Origin: Octopus vulgaris | Taxonomy: Eukaryota | Reading direction: 5' to 3' | Assembly: GCA_951406725.2 (NCBI GenBank) | Contig: OX597819.1 | Location: forward strand, 118,172,001-118,236,000 | Length of the DNA stretch: 64,000 bases | Shown here: one piece after another, positions 25,575-38,128 of the stretch | How positions within the stretch are numbered: position 1 is the stretch's first letter | Layout: each line of letters opens with the position of its first letter | Made by a program: the position numbers and the translations under genes | Notes under the pieces: model-generated | The model's database searches: none | Told to the model about the DNA's origin: nothing | The model's input: the letters and a program-made list of their open reading frames with translations, nothing else

Positions 25575-26829
25575 CCAGTGTGTGTAGAAAAGTCACTGGC
25601 TTTGGCTAAAAAGGAAATATTGAAGGATCAATTAATTATGATTTAATTCAAAATATTCGCTTTTAAAATCTACATATTCATTGAAGCAGGTCTTCAAGTT
25701 TTCTATGCCTTGTAAAAACATCTTGGAATGTTTGGCCTCCAGCCATGCCTCTATGAAGCAGCGATCACTTCCGAACCAGAGTGATATTTTGCTCCCTTGA
25801 GTGGTTTCTTCCGTTGTGGAAAGAGGTGATAATCGGAGGGCGTCACGTCAGGAGAGTAAGGTGGGTGGTTTACAAATTCGAAACCAAAGACGTGTATTTT
25901 CCGTAGAGTTTCATGAGCTTTGTGTGTTAGTGCACTGTCCTGCACAACGGGACAACACAGCTAATCTTCTTAAAAGTTTCTTCTTCAAAGTTTCGGGTAG
26001 TTCATCCAACAGAAAGAAGTAGTATTCTGCATTGATCGTGCAACATTGGCAGGTGTTTTATGAATGGTACACTGTTTTTGTCCCAGAAAACTGAAGCCAG
26101 AATCTTTCCAGCTGACTTCTGAGTCCGAAATATCTCGAGTCGCAGTGAACCATTGTGGTATCACTGCAGTAATTTCTGCTTGCTTTAGTGATCATAAAGT
26201 CACGTTTCACCCATGGTAACTAGACGAGACTCTCCCGCGGCAAACCGGTCCAAAATCGCTTTTCTTGTCACTGGGGTGCGCTTTATATATGCGTTCAAAC
26301 TTTACAGCACCCATTTTGTGGCAAGCCAAGCTTACGCATATCTAAAAGGTTGTGGATAATGTGGATAGAAATCTCGTAGGAAATACTCAGAGTCTCAGCT
26401 ATGACTTGAGAATCATGACATGCTCAGCGCCGGCTCTTTTCTCTGTGGATAGTTGACCGTCATGCCCGGGGTTCATCTGTGACCTCCATATGACCAACCG
26501 AAGCACCGGCATTTTACCGTACAGTAAGATACGGGCGGTCATCCTTTAAGCCTCGGGCAACCATACATCATTTCACCATGCATTTCCGCCGCTCCTATCC
26601 CTTGCAAAAAAAAGGGATTACAGGAACCTCTGCTCTATTGTTTTACTAAAATCCGCTGTAAGAGCTGACATCATGTGTTAAATCTGCAAGAAAAGAGAAA
26701 GTTATATGGTATGTCATCATGTGTTTTCGCTTATCTTGTCCTAAATATTTGTTCTACTTCTCCTGTAATTGTAACATCTCTACCCTTTCGCCATACCATT
26801 AAAATCAGGACATTTTTAGCACCTCTTCG
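25575..26829 (-). mobile_element. Decayed mariner (DD34D) transposon
   Basis: ORF 25751..25945 contains HPPYSPDVTPSDYHLF, the mariner YSPDLAPSD motif; degenerate TIRs (ta-ccagtgtgtgtagaaaagtcactggcttt and aaaatcaggacatttttagcacctcttcg-ta); length about 1.25 kb. Confidence 0.85.
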
Positions 26830-28054
26830 TATTTAACCGTAATATTTGGATGCAATTTTAACTACGATTATTATGATTAATATGCAATTATTCTTTAAAC
26901 TCATGTAATAAAAAAAACGATGTTATCTCTATCTATAAGACTTCTGTTTCTATGACATATATGATGGCCGTAGCTATCACTAAATCGCAAATTTATTAAT
27001 CTGCAAATTTATCAGTCCAGCTTCTCTAATGTTGAATTTTATTGGAAGACCCGATGAAGTCATTATACGCATTCTCTGATAGTAAAAGAAAGCTTTTGAG
27101 AAATTAACATGTCAGTGTTTAAAATTATGAAAGTTGCGAAAGATTGTTAAGAGATAGCAAATAAAATGACGATCAAGACTGATAACTGTATTGCTGCATC
27201 AAGTGATGATCCCAAATCAGCTGCTGAGAATAGACACTCCTGCTTCTACATGTCAAAAAATGAGCTTATTTTCTTGCGTAGAAAAAAAGGACATGTTAAT
27301 ACGTTTTACAAATGTTTTTCAGAAATAAATGTATCGCAATCACTTGATTGTATATAATTCTATGATACGTACAAAAGCGGCATATCAGGTTTGCATTATG
27401 AAAATTCTGAAATATGCTCTTAATGTGTCACATCTATCAGTAACACAATGAATTAGATAGAGCATTTCAATATGCGTGAGAGACATCTATGCATTTTCCG
27501 TATGGAAGAACTGCTAATGTCTATATATTATCTATATATTAAGACGACTTCCAGGCAATATGCAAGTTACAGTCTGTGAGTCTGAATGTATATGCGAAAG
27601 AAAGGATATTTAAAATGTTCAGCAAATATCACCGAAAGAGAGAATTACTTCAATTTGAAGCTACTTAAATTTGGAAAGACGGGAATAAATATATTTCTAA
27701 TGCATAAGAAAATCGAAAAAAGATAAAAATGCTTATATGTACATAGATGTATTGTGAATCACATTCTTAAAATGTTATTTTCATGCATTTCTTTCCAGAA
27801 AGGAAAATGAAAAACTTAGCAAAACCAAATATTTTTATAGAAAAATGGAAACTGCGCTGTTTCCTTTAATTCAATATCATTTCGTGTTTTTTTTTTCTGT
27901 AATTTATTTTCTTTCTTTGTCTTCAAAAATAACAACCCATAAAACAGAAAAAAATATCAGAGACCATCTTTTTTCACCATGATCCACCAACGAGTTAATG
28001 AGATCGTTTTCATTCAGGATATAAAAATCTATGCAGGTATTTTGAGAGTGCACG

Positions 28055-28096
<42 letters not shown>

Positions 28097-28641
28097 ACAT
28101 GTGTGTGCATATATACGTATATACATGTCTGTATATACATATAGATATATATATATATGTATTCCTGCACATGGATATATACATACACACATATATATAC
28201 TTATACATTCATACATAATCATATATATATATACACATTTACGTATATATATGCATATACACTTATAAATATATTATATATAAATACGCATATATATGTA
28301 TATATTCTCAGTTATGATACACTTTGCCGTTTACGCTCTTACATACATACACACCTAAAATACATATACATATATATATGTACACATACATAAATGTATT
28401 CGGATATTTTATATATACATACACATTGTTGTATTTATATAAATGTATATGCGTGCAACATATATACTGTATATATATATTTCTGCATATACAAGTGTAG
28501 ATGTTAACATATGTGTAATTTACATACTAATTTATACATCTCGATATAAATATGGTTTGCTTTCGTGTAAATGTAAATTATATGACACTAGGAAATGTTT
28601 TTCAGTGTGTGAGTGAGTGTCTATAGATAATATAGTATGAA

Positions 28642-28690
<49 letters not shown>

Positions 28691-28920
28691 GCATATCACA
28701 CACAGCTATATATATATATTCTTATTGTTCATATACATAGATGTGTGTGTCTCTATGCATATATATGTGTGTATATATATATATACATTTATATATGCTT
28801 GTGTGTGTGTACGTGAGTGTGTGTGTGTGTGTATGTATGCATTTAGCAACTAACATACATACATACATTCAGACATTATTTACATTTATGTTTTCTTTTC
28901 CCTCGAAATTTATATGACTG

Positions 28921-28930
28921 TTTATTTATT
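28921..28930 (-). promoter_or_regulatory. Candidate proximal polyadenylation signal(s) AATAAA for the phosphatase gene
   Basis: tttatttatt on + gives overlapping AATAAA on the minus strand, about 50 nt past the stop codon; weak evidence in AT-rich DNA. Confidence 0.3.
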
Positions 28931-28977
28931 CATGAAATACCTCTTTCATCCATTTGAAAAACAAAATTTTATGTAGT

Positions 28978-30215
28978 TTATTTATTTTCTGATGGTTGGA
29001 GTCCTTGACTACAAGCGTCTTTATAGTCACTAATGCCAATTCTTCTTAAACTGTCTTTATTTACAAAATTTGAAAATTTTTCGAATGAGCATAAGGTCTC
29101 GCTTGTAGCAGAACTACAAAACGGTGTCAAATTTGTTATATCACGTCCGTTGTATAATAGCCTAATGTAATATTTCTTTTGTCGGTTTCGCCGTAAACTG
29201 TACATCTCGAATATTATTCTGGAAGCATAAGGTGGCCATTTGCCACTGTGAGCACCCAGTGCAGTTAGCACAGGTGTTACTGTGACGTCGTGACCTGAGT
29301 AAAGGAAGAGTTTAGTCGTTGGGTTTCCGTGCATGTACGATTTCATTGATTGCACGATCTCGTACAGAAACGGGTATGTGGCAAGGCGGTGTCGTTTTAG
29401 ATTGGTGCTGTCCGAAGTCACCTGACGATTCCCGTTTTGATCGAGATGTTCCCATAAATTGTCCAATACCATCCAATCTATGCACTGACCCTTGCCATTA
29501 CAAGGGAGACTGATATTGTGGCAGGCGTAAAACATAAAAACGTCCATCATTGCACTGGCCCATGGAAGTTGAGGGACTTTTAAATTATATACAGCGGCTA
29601 TTTTCTGTGCCAAATAGTAATACTGTGAATTGTTTTGTATAAGAAACGATGCTAGACGATCGGTTGACTGTTTTAGAGCATGGATTACTGGACAGTGGCA
29701 AGAAGAACCAAAATAACGTTGAGAGCACATCAATAGATTGGATGAGCGTTCAATGAGAAGTTCTGTGAGATTGAAATGCGGTAGAAATCCATAGAGGAAA
29801 GCTATGGCACTTTGGTAAGTTCTGGAGTATTCGGTGCTACGAATATAGACTTTTCGAGCATTGAAATTATTTCCGAATAACCTCCATCGATGTACATATG
29901 TATCTTTGAGAAATTCTCCTATCTGGAGATGCTGAAGAACACCGAGCCCGGTTAACTGAGATCCATCACAAATTCGATGATTAGGATGAAGGGCCCAATT
30001 CTTAAATCCACTGGCAGGATGTTGTTTACCCTGGAATGCCATCATTGTTGGCAAATATCCTTCTAAATATGGGCTGAAAGATGAAAAAAGTTGTTGATCC
30101 ATATGACATCCTAACGTTGGATTAGGATGGTTCCGAAACGAATGCATTGGTGTACGATCACCATGTCTGATCAGTACATAAACTTGTTCCAAGTTGTACT
30201 TCAGAGGAACATCAC
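28978..30215 (-). CDS. PXYLP1: Terminal coding exon (1238 nt) of a histidine acid phosphatase, 2-phosphoxylose phosphatase 1-like (ACPL2)
   Basis: Long non-repetitive ORF with RHGDRTP (RHGxRxP), IRSTEYSRTYQSAIAFLYGFLP and LYSGHDVTVTPVL (HD motif). Acceptor tttttttag|GT at 30216/30215 gives phase-1 [G]GT-DVPLKYNLEQVYVLIRHGDR. Confidence 0.9.
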
Positions 30216-30250
30216 CTAAAAAAACAACAAAAAAAAACAGCGATTAATAT

Positions 30251-30439
30251 CTATTTCTTTATTGCCCACAGGGGGCTAAACATAGAGGGGACAATCAAAG
30301 ACAGACAAACGGATTAAGTCGATTATATTTACTGGTACTTATTTAATCGACCCCCGAAATGATGAAAAGCAAAGTGGACCTCGGCGGAATTTGAACTCTG
30401 AATGTAGCGGCAGACGAATTACGGCTGCGCATTTCGCCA
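30251..30439 (-). mobile_element. SINE family 2 copy just upstream of the terminal-exon acceptor
   Basis: Reverse complement matches 61370-61555. Confidence 0.8.
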
Positions 30440-31016
30440 TCGATACATGAAAAGTCAGGGCAAATTCAATCTGAATGTGAAATGTATCATCACACACGAA
30501 TTAAAACAATTATCTTTATATAACCTGTTACGTAATTGTTATAACAATAATCGAACGTGAACTCGTTTATGATACGTTCATTATACAACACAGTGACATC
30601 TCAGTTTACATGTCTAGTTCTAGAACATGAAATATATAAACAGCATGATGTAACCTTTTTTGTTATTTGCTTCAGTGAGAATGAATGATAACATGCACGT
30701 GTCATCAACAAATTATCGATTTAGCAGATATGACATTTAGAATGTTAGGATAAGACGACAAAAGATGTAAAAATAATAATATCCATATATATTCTCTAAT
30801 GTCCAATGAACTTATGATTAATTCAGATTTGTAAATGGTTCTGATGAAGAGAATGAAATGTCAGCAGGATACGATAAATAATGTCTCATAGGAAACAATA
30901 ATTTAAAATGAAACCAGTTCCTTGTGCAGTAGATGACACAGACAGTGACCTAAATAGCTTTGTCACCTAAATCACTCCTATCCTTTTCCCTCACTATCTC
31001 ATACAAGGCATTCTCC

Positions 31017-31755
31017 GTACAAATGAACTAGTCGAATTCTTCCTTCGGAGTCTTTCCTTCAACTGATATATTTTCATCAAAATATGATTTTCGTGCAGAG
31101 GGGCTCAGCATCAGCCTCACCGGTCACGGATGTTGTGTAATGATCACGAGAAATCACATAAAAATTCTAAATTAAACCTAAGGTCTTTTTCTACTCTTAG
31201 GCACATGCAATCGGTTTCCCATATTCTGTGCTGCTTATATTCTCCATCTGGACAGGACAGCTGTCTGTCGAAGGATTACTCACTTTTTTAGGCTGAATGG
31301 ATTCGAAAACTTCAATATGAAGAGTTTTCCTCAAGAACACCACCGCCCGGTTCAGGAATGAAGACCGCACACCTACGATCACGACAACAACACCTTTAGT
31401 ACAAATGAACTAGTCGAATTCTTCCTTCGGAGTCTTTCCTTCAACTGATATATTTTCATCAAAATATGATTTTCGTGCAGAGGGGCTCAGCATCAGCCTC
31501 ACCGGTCACGGATGTTGTGTAATGATCACGAGAAATCACATAAAAATTCTAAATTAAACCTAAGGTCTTTTTCTACTCTTAGGCACATGCAATCGGTTTC
31601 CCATATTCTGTGCTGCTTATATTCTCCATCTGGACAGGACAGCTGTCTGTCGAAGGATTACTCACTTTTGTAGGCTGAATGGATTCGAAAACTTCAATAT
31701 GAAGAGTTTTCTTCAGGAATGAAGACCGCACACATACGATCACGACAACAACACC
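31017..31755. repeat. Tandem direct duplication, period 382 bp
   Basis: gtacaaatgaactagtcgaattcttcc occurs at 31017 and 31399; copies are near-identical, with the second lacking about 21 nt. Confidence 0.92.
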
Positions 31756-32134
31756 CTTATTACTAAGCCACTTGACTTCACAATCTCGAAAATTACTGTG
31801 ACTGAATAATGAAAATGTCTGAAATATTTGGTCGAGTTTGGACAAGATCATGCCCCCGAATTTGGAACAGAACAATCTGCACGAGCTCACCTCGTCCTAT
31901 ACGAATTATTTGTAATAATGTTAATCTGCAATTCTAAATGTATCTACCAATCAGCCATGTTCATTTCAGTATTTTTTGTTTTCTTCGAGATTAACCCTAA
32001 TAGGCTAAGTAGCAATATGCGCAACCTGATTGCTGTGTTTTAGCGTGGTGTAAATAGTGAGAGAGAGAAGAAAAGACTGAGAGACTGTCTAGCTGTGGCT
32101 GCCATACATTTGGAGATAATTGTTTAATATCCTT

Positions 32135-32742
32135 TCTACTAGGCACCAGGGCTTAAATGTAGCGGAGGGAATATTCGATTACATCGACACCAGTGCTGCG
32201 TGAGTGGTACTTATTTCACCGCTCCTGAAGGATGATAACGAAATTTGACCTCAGCGGAATATTAATTCAAAAGTTAGCGACGGGTGAAATACCAATGTCT
32301 TTACTACCCACAAGGGGCTAAACACAGAGAGGACAAAGAAGGACAGACAAACGGATTAAGTCGATTATATCGACCCCAGTGTGTAACTGATACTTATTTA
32401 ATCGACCCCGAAAGGATGAAAGGCACAGTCGACCTCAGCGGAATTTGAACTCAGAACGTAGCGTCAGACGAAATGCATATTTCTTTACTACCCACAAGGG
32501 GCTAAACACAGAGAGGACAAACAAGGACAGACAAACGGATTAAGTCGATTATATCGACACCAGTGCATAACTGATACTTATTTAATCGACCCCGAAAGGA
32601 TGAAAGGCAAAGTCGACCTCGGCGGAATTTGAACTCAGAACGTAACGACAGACGAAATGCTCCAGTAAAGTCGATCTCAACGGAATTTGAACTCAGAAAG
32701 CATTTCGCCCGGCGTACAAACGATTCTACCAGCTCGCTGCCT
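32135..32742 (-). mobile_element. SINE family 2 with tandemly repeated internal unit of about 184 bp
   Basis: ctttactacccacaaggggctaaacacagagaggacaa occurs near 32299 and at 32483; head cagctcgctgcct at about 32730-32742. Confidence 0.82.
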
Positions 32743-35700
32743 GAGATAAATGCATAATGTATTTCCAATTTATCTTTATTCTGTCAAAGCCGTAGTGCTC
32801 AATTCAATGGCAACTTGGCTATTGTATCTGGCTGTTCGAGTTGTCAAGTTCTAGGTTTACAGCAAATTCGTAAATTTATTTGTATAACTGTAAGAGCAAG
32901 AAAGGAAAGCAAATGACAATCATTTAGCAATTTACATAATGGCATTTTATACACCCTCTATTATTCTTACGTTCATGAAAATATAGAAAGTATGTAAACT
33001 TCTCTACGCTCTACTTCTAACTTGAGGGAAACAACGAGAACACAATTCTTACACAGAAACACATTATTTTATTATACTTATCTATTATACTTGAATACGT
33101 ATTTCATGCATTAAACGCACATAAACCTTTTTTAAGAAAATCGAACAAAACTAATTAAAATTCTCTACAACCATTTCCCCTTTCTCTTTCTCCTTTTCCT
33201 TTACTCGTCAGAGAACACATCGTTTACCCATTAGAATATATACGAAGCGTTTCTCATTAACTCGCTTACATATGGAATACATATTTAACGCCCCAAAAGA
33301 TTCCTTTAGATAAGTAATGGAAAGAATTTACTGAAAAGTTACGAATATTATATCATACATAGTTTTGAATATAAATGCAGTTTTGGAATTAATTTCCGCC
33401 AGCATTTCTAACTAAATGGGGCTCGAAAGTGATAATGGGTTTGAGTACCCAAATGGAATTCTGTCGCAATGACAGCATCCACAAAGATAAAGAAATGTAA
33501 GATGAACATTTGTTATATAATAAAACGAATGGACAGGAAACACATTATAATAATAAGCTTGCCAAATATGAGGAATGCGTTTTCATAAGCATTTATAAAT
33601 ATTAGTTTATAAAGATGATTTTGCGTAGATAGAGAATCACCATCGTTGAATACTTCTATAATGAAACCCTTGGAATTATATTACTTGCTTACGAACTGAT
33701 GAGAAACAAAATAGATTGGATCGTTATTTGATCACAGAATGTGGAAGGACGGTACTACATAATGAAAAGAACAAAGCTTTAAAAGCTGCCCTCTCTTCTT
33801 TCTGCCGCATACCATTCTTATTGATTTCTCTCTCCATATATACATTTCTAGCGTTGACACTAATCACCGACCACTAATTTAGTCACTAATCTAGTTTGGA
33901 CGACAAAGTCCATTAAATGGGCAAGAATTCTAAATTTACCGACTCTGAGATCTTGATAGTCAAAATCTACTTTTGATATTTTATAGGATTTGCTTTTAAA
34001 CCATAAAGCTGAGTAACTTGAATCTGATCCTAACTAATATTACCGTTTGCCATTCACAGCAATCCACTATTTTACCAATAAAATCTACTATTAAGTAATA
34101 TCGATAACTTCGTTCTTATATGTCGCCAGCTTTTATAACTTCCAGAAAGTTATATAAAACACAACAAAGAAAGAAAATTAAATTACCATACCGTAAATTG
34201 AAATGGCCAAATGGAAGAGAATTCAAAGAATTTAGCTACAATTAGCATTTGATTTAAAAGAACACTGACGTACGTTATGATATTCTACTCATTTACCCTT
34301 TTCTATCATGGGAATGTGTCCAAATGTAATCACAACTTCTCCAACGAAGAGAGACATGTCGAAACATGTCTTCCACTTCTCCGCACCATCATTTAACGTT
34401 CGCTTTTCTATGCTTGCAGGGGCAAAAAGGTATTTGTTAAGGTGGTTTTTCTACTGCTGCAAGATTATCGTATCGCTAATCTCAGCTGCAAGTATTTCCT
34501 ATGCCCATACATGTTTTCAAATACTGAAAACGAACAATATCTCTTGTGTGACGGTGATGACAGTTTATAACCAACAATCTATGTCGAAACACACACACAC
34601 TCACACGATAGGCTTTTGTTAGTTTCCACCTATTAAGTCATCTCACAAAACTAAGTTAAACCCGGAACTATATCAGGAAACTCTTGCCTAAGATGCTGTA
34701 TAGTGGAGCTGAACCTTAGCCAACGTGATTTAGAAAAAATGCTTCTTAAACATTTGTCTATGCTTGACCTATAGCAACCCCTGCACGTCTTCTATTTTGT
34801 TGTATGTAATACTGTAACTAATGCCCCTTTTTCAGACACATAATTTAATAAAGAAAAAAAGCAAATCTTAGTACAATTTTGACCAAATAATATCGATTCT
34901 TTATTTCCAGCGAGAATGTGTTACTTAAACATAAGTAATAAGAATTTATATATACCGTCCATTTAAACTACATTGTGGACGAGACGTTTGCAAAGCTCAC
35001 GGCATTATACACAAAGAAAGCAAGTCACCATGCTGTCACTTGCATTTTTCGCGGAGCTCCATTTGCAAACTTTACGTAAAGAAATGCTTTCACTAAGGAA
35101 CCGAAGTCGCACTAGAAATTGTCGTTATGCTGAATTTAACCATCTACGTAATATATTTAATTATGGAAACATTTGAATATTATGCTACTCAGAAATGTGG
35201 TACACTCAAGAGTAAGTGTTTAAGAGGGCGTTGGTTTAAAACCATAAAAGAAAACTTGCTTAACTGCTGATGTTTGGCAATATTTCATCGTCAAATCTGG
35301 ATAGAAAACTCGATATTTAGATTTTACTATCAATTAGTCAACGAACTAGTCATGAAATAACAATGAAAACTCACAGACAGCACCTTCAATAAACAGTGTT
35401 AAAATGGCTGTGTAATCACTGATCTGCAAACATACTTCAAAGTAATGTTCCGAATGCTTTTTATTTATCGGATCTACTCAATAAAATATGATTAAGGGCC
35501 CAATTGTTAACAACAATAAACATAGTACTGCATTCCACCTTTTTAGCTATGAGTAATGAATGAATAGATACTTGTAACAGAGTTGAACCGTTGGAGGATC
35601 TTTTTCTAGTAAATGCGTATATGTATATATTTTACCAACAAAGTGAGGACTGTTACTGAAGTGCACGACTGTCTCATACGGGAAAAATGAAAGTATCTAT

Positions 35701-36098
35701 TCACACAAATTATGCTATTTGTTTTATCACCGAAAATATCAAATTCCTGTCTAATGTAAAGACCACAGAGAATAAATCTGAGAAGAAAGTACATCTGATA
35801 TATATTTGGCTCTATTTTTGCAAGTTTCTGGAATTTGAATTTGAATAGATTTAAAATTAAAATCTGAAGAGGCATAATTTATTATGCAGGGTGTAACGAA
35901 TGCATTTTAGTAGTGCAATATTATATTTTATTACTAATGAACAAATAGGAAAACAATTTTAAAAAAGGCTAAACTGCTGAAATTGCGATATATAATTTCA
36001 AGAATTTCGAAATATTATTCTTTTAAATAATAAGGCACTAAAAGAGAATGACTCTCCCCAGACACAACAGAAATATTATTCGATATAAAATAAAATAC

Positions 36099-36380
36099 CT
36101 TCTGAGCCACCGACTGGTAACATGGGGGAATTGCAATACTCCGCAATACGTGAGACAGATAGAGGATTACGAGTTTTTGTATGTTGCCATGTAGACCTCC
36201 GTTCGGAGAGATGAAGTTTTTTGAAGTATTTGTCAGTATCTTCATCGTCATCATCGGAAAGCATATGTCCACGTTTTCCTACGAAACCGGAAGCACGAGC
36301 TACACCGATGTGATTTTGAGGCACACTTGAATGTTGAGGCCACCTTTGGTTTAGCTGTGGTGACTGGTTGATGTAAAAAT
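36099..36380 (-). CDS. PXYLP1: Internal coding exon (282 nt, phase 1/1), stem region of the PXYLP1-like phosphatase
   Basis: Acceptor catatattttcag|AT, donor GAAG|gtattt. Encodes ...SRIAEYCNSPMLPVGGSEG, resembling the YCNxP...EG segment before the catalytic RHG motif in PXYLP1. Phase matches the 30215 acceptor. Confidence 0.82.
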
Positions 36381-36564
36381 CTGAAAATATATGAAACAAG
36401 AAGATGTAAATACATATCGATTAAACATACACATTTTTATATAATTGTTATATTAGGAACTGAAACGATTTTCTGTTTCTCAAATATTTTGTGAAATTAT
36501 TCTGTCTTTTCCCACCTTCCATATTTTTCACAATATTGCTCATTTTAAAGTGCTAATTATATAC

Positions 36565-36788
36565 TCTTTTTATTTTTTACTTGTTTCAGTCATTTGACTG
36601 CGGCCAGGCTGGAGCACCGCCTTTAGTCGAGCAAATCGACCCCGGGACTTATTCTTTATAAGCCTAGTACTTATTCTATCGGTCTCTTTTGCCGAACCGC
36701 TAAGTGACGGGGACGTAAACACACCGGCATCGGTTGTCAAGCAATGCTAGGGAGACAAACACAGACAGACAAACACACACACACACAC

Positions 36789-36839
<51 letters not shown>

Positions 36840-36997
36840 GACAGGCTTCTTTCAGTTTCCGTCTACCAAATCCACTCACAATGCATTGGTCGGCCCGAGG
36901 CTACAGTAGAAGACACTTGCCCAAAGTGCCACGCAGTGGGACTGAACCTGGAACCATGTGGTTGGTTAGCAAGCTACTTACCACACAGCCACTCCTA
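36565..36997 (-). mobile_element. SINE family 1 copy, close to consensus
   Basis: Reverse complement of the 13910-type sequence, with central (CA)n(TA)n. Confidence 0.88.
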
Positions 36998-37272
36998 TAA
37001 TATAATTTTTTTTAAAATTGTGCCATAGGTCTGAGGATATTCAAATATAGTCGTTGTAGTATATTGTATCTATGAATAACAGCGGTGCGATATTTGAAAT
37101 GACGAAATGGAATTAAAAATAAGATAATACCGTGCTTCCACAACTTTGTTTAGTTTCTTATAATAACAAGAGTGAAAGAGAATTGACACATGGCAAAATT
37201 TCGCTCTCCAAATACACACATCCACGCGCAAACATACACAATATATATATATATATATACAAAAGTTGATAT

Positions 37273-37680
37273 GCGTAGGAGTGGCTGTGTGGTAAGTATC
37301 TTGCTTATGACCCACATGGTTCCGTGTTCAGTCCCACTGCGTGGCAGCTTGGCCAAGTGCCTTGTGAATGGATTTGGTTGACGGAAACAGAAAGAAGCTC
37401 GTCGTATATATATATATAAATAAATATATATATATATATATATATACACACATGTGTGTGTATGTGTGGGGGGGTGTCTGTGTTTGTCCCCCAACATCGC
37501 TTGGCAACCAATGCTGATGCGTTTACGTCCCCGTAACCTAGCGGTTCGGCAAAAGAGACGATAGAATAAGTACTAGGTTTACAAAGAATAAGTCCTGGGG
37601 TCGATTTGCTCGACTAAAGGCGGTGCTCCGGCATGGCCACAGTCAAATGACTGAAACAAATAAAAGAGTAAAAAGAGAGT
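37273..37680 (+). mobile_element. SINE family 1 copy, inverted relative to 36565-36997
   Basis: gcgtaggagtggctgtgtggtaag...cagtcaaatgactgaaacaaataaaagag. Confidence 0.86.
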
Positions 37681-37766
37681 ATGCAAACACATATACAAAG
37701 ACGCATGCATAGTTGCATTATATGGCTATGTATGCTTGTATGTATGTATGTATGTATGTATGTATG

Positions 37767-37800
<34 letters not shown>

Positions 37801-37849
37801 CTTGTATATCGGGTTGTAATGTATACGGGGTGTCTGTATGTGTATATTA

Positions 37850-38056
37850 CTCTTTTAATTGAGTCGGTAATTTGACAGCTGCCATGCTGGAACATCGTCT
37901 TCTTGTCGAACATATCGACCCCAGAAATTATTTTTGTAAGCCTAGTACTTATTATATCGGTTATATCTGTTTCTTATGCCGAACCGCTAGATTACGAGGA
38001 CGTAAACAAACATCAGTTGTCAAGCGAAGAACAATACACACACACACACATGCATG

Positions 38057-38128
<72 letters not shown>

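Noticed and set aside
32299-32660. CRISPR-like or satellite array
   Set aside because: The units are whole SINE bodies of about 184 bp without unique spacers, and the DNA is eukaryotic.
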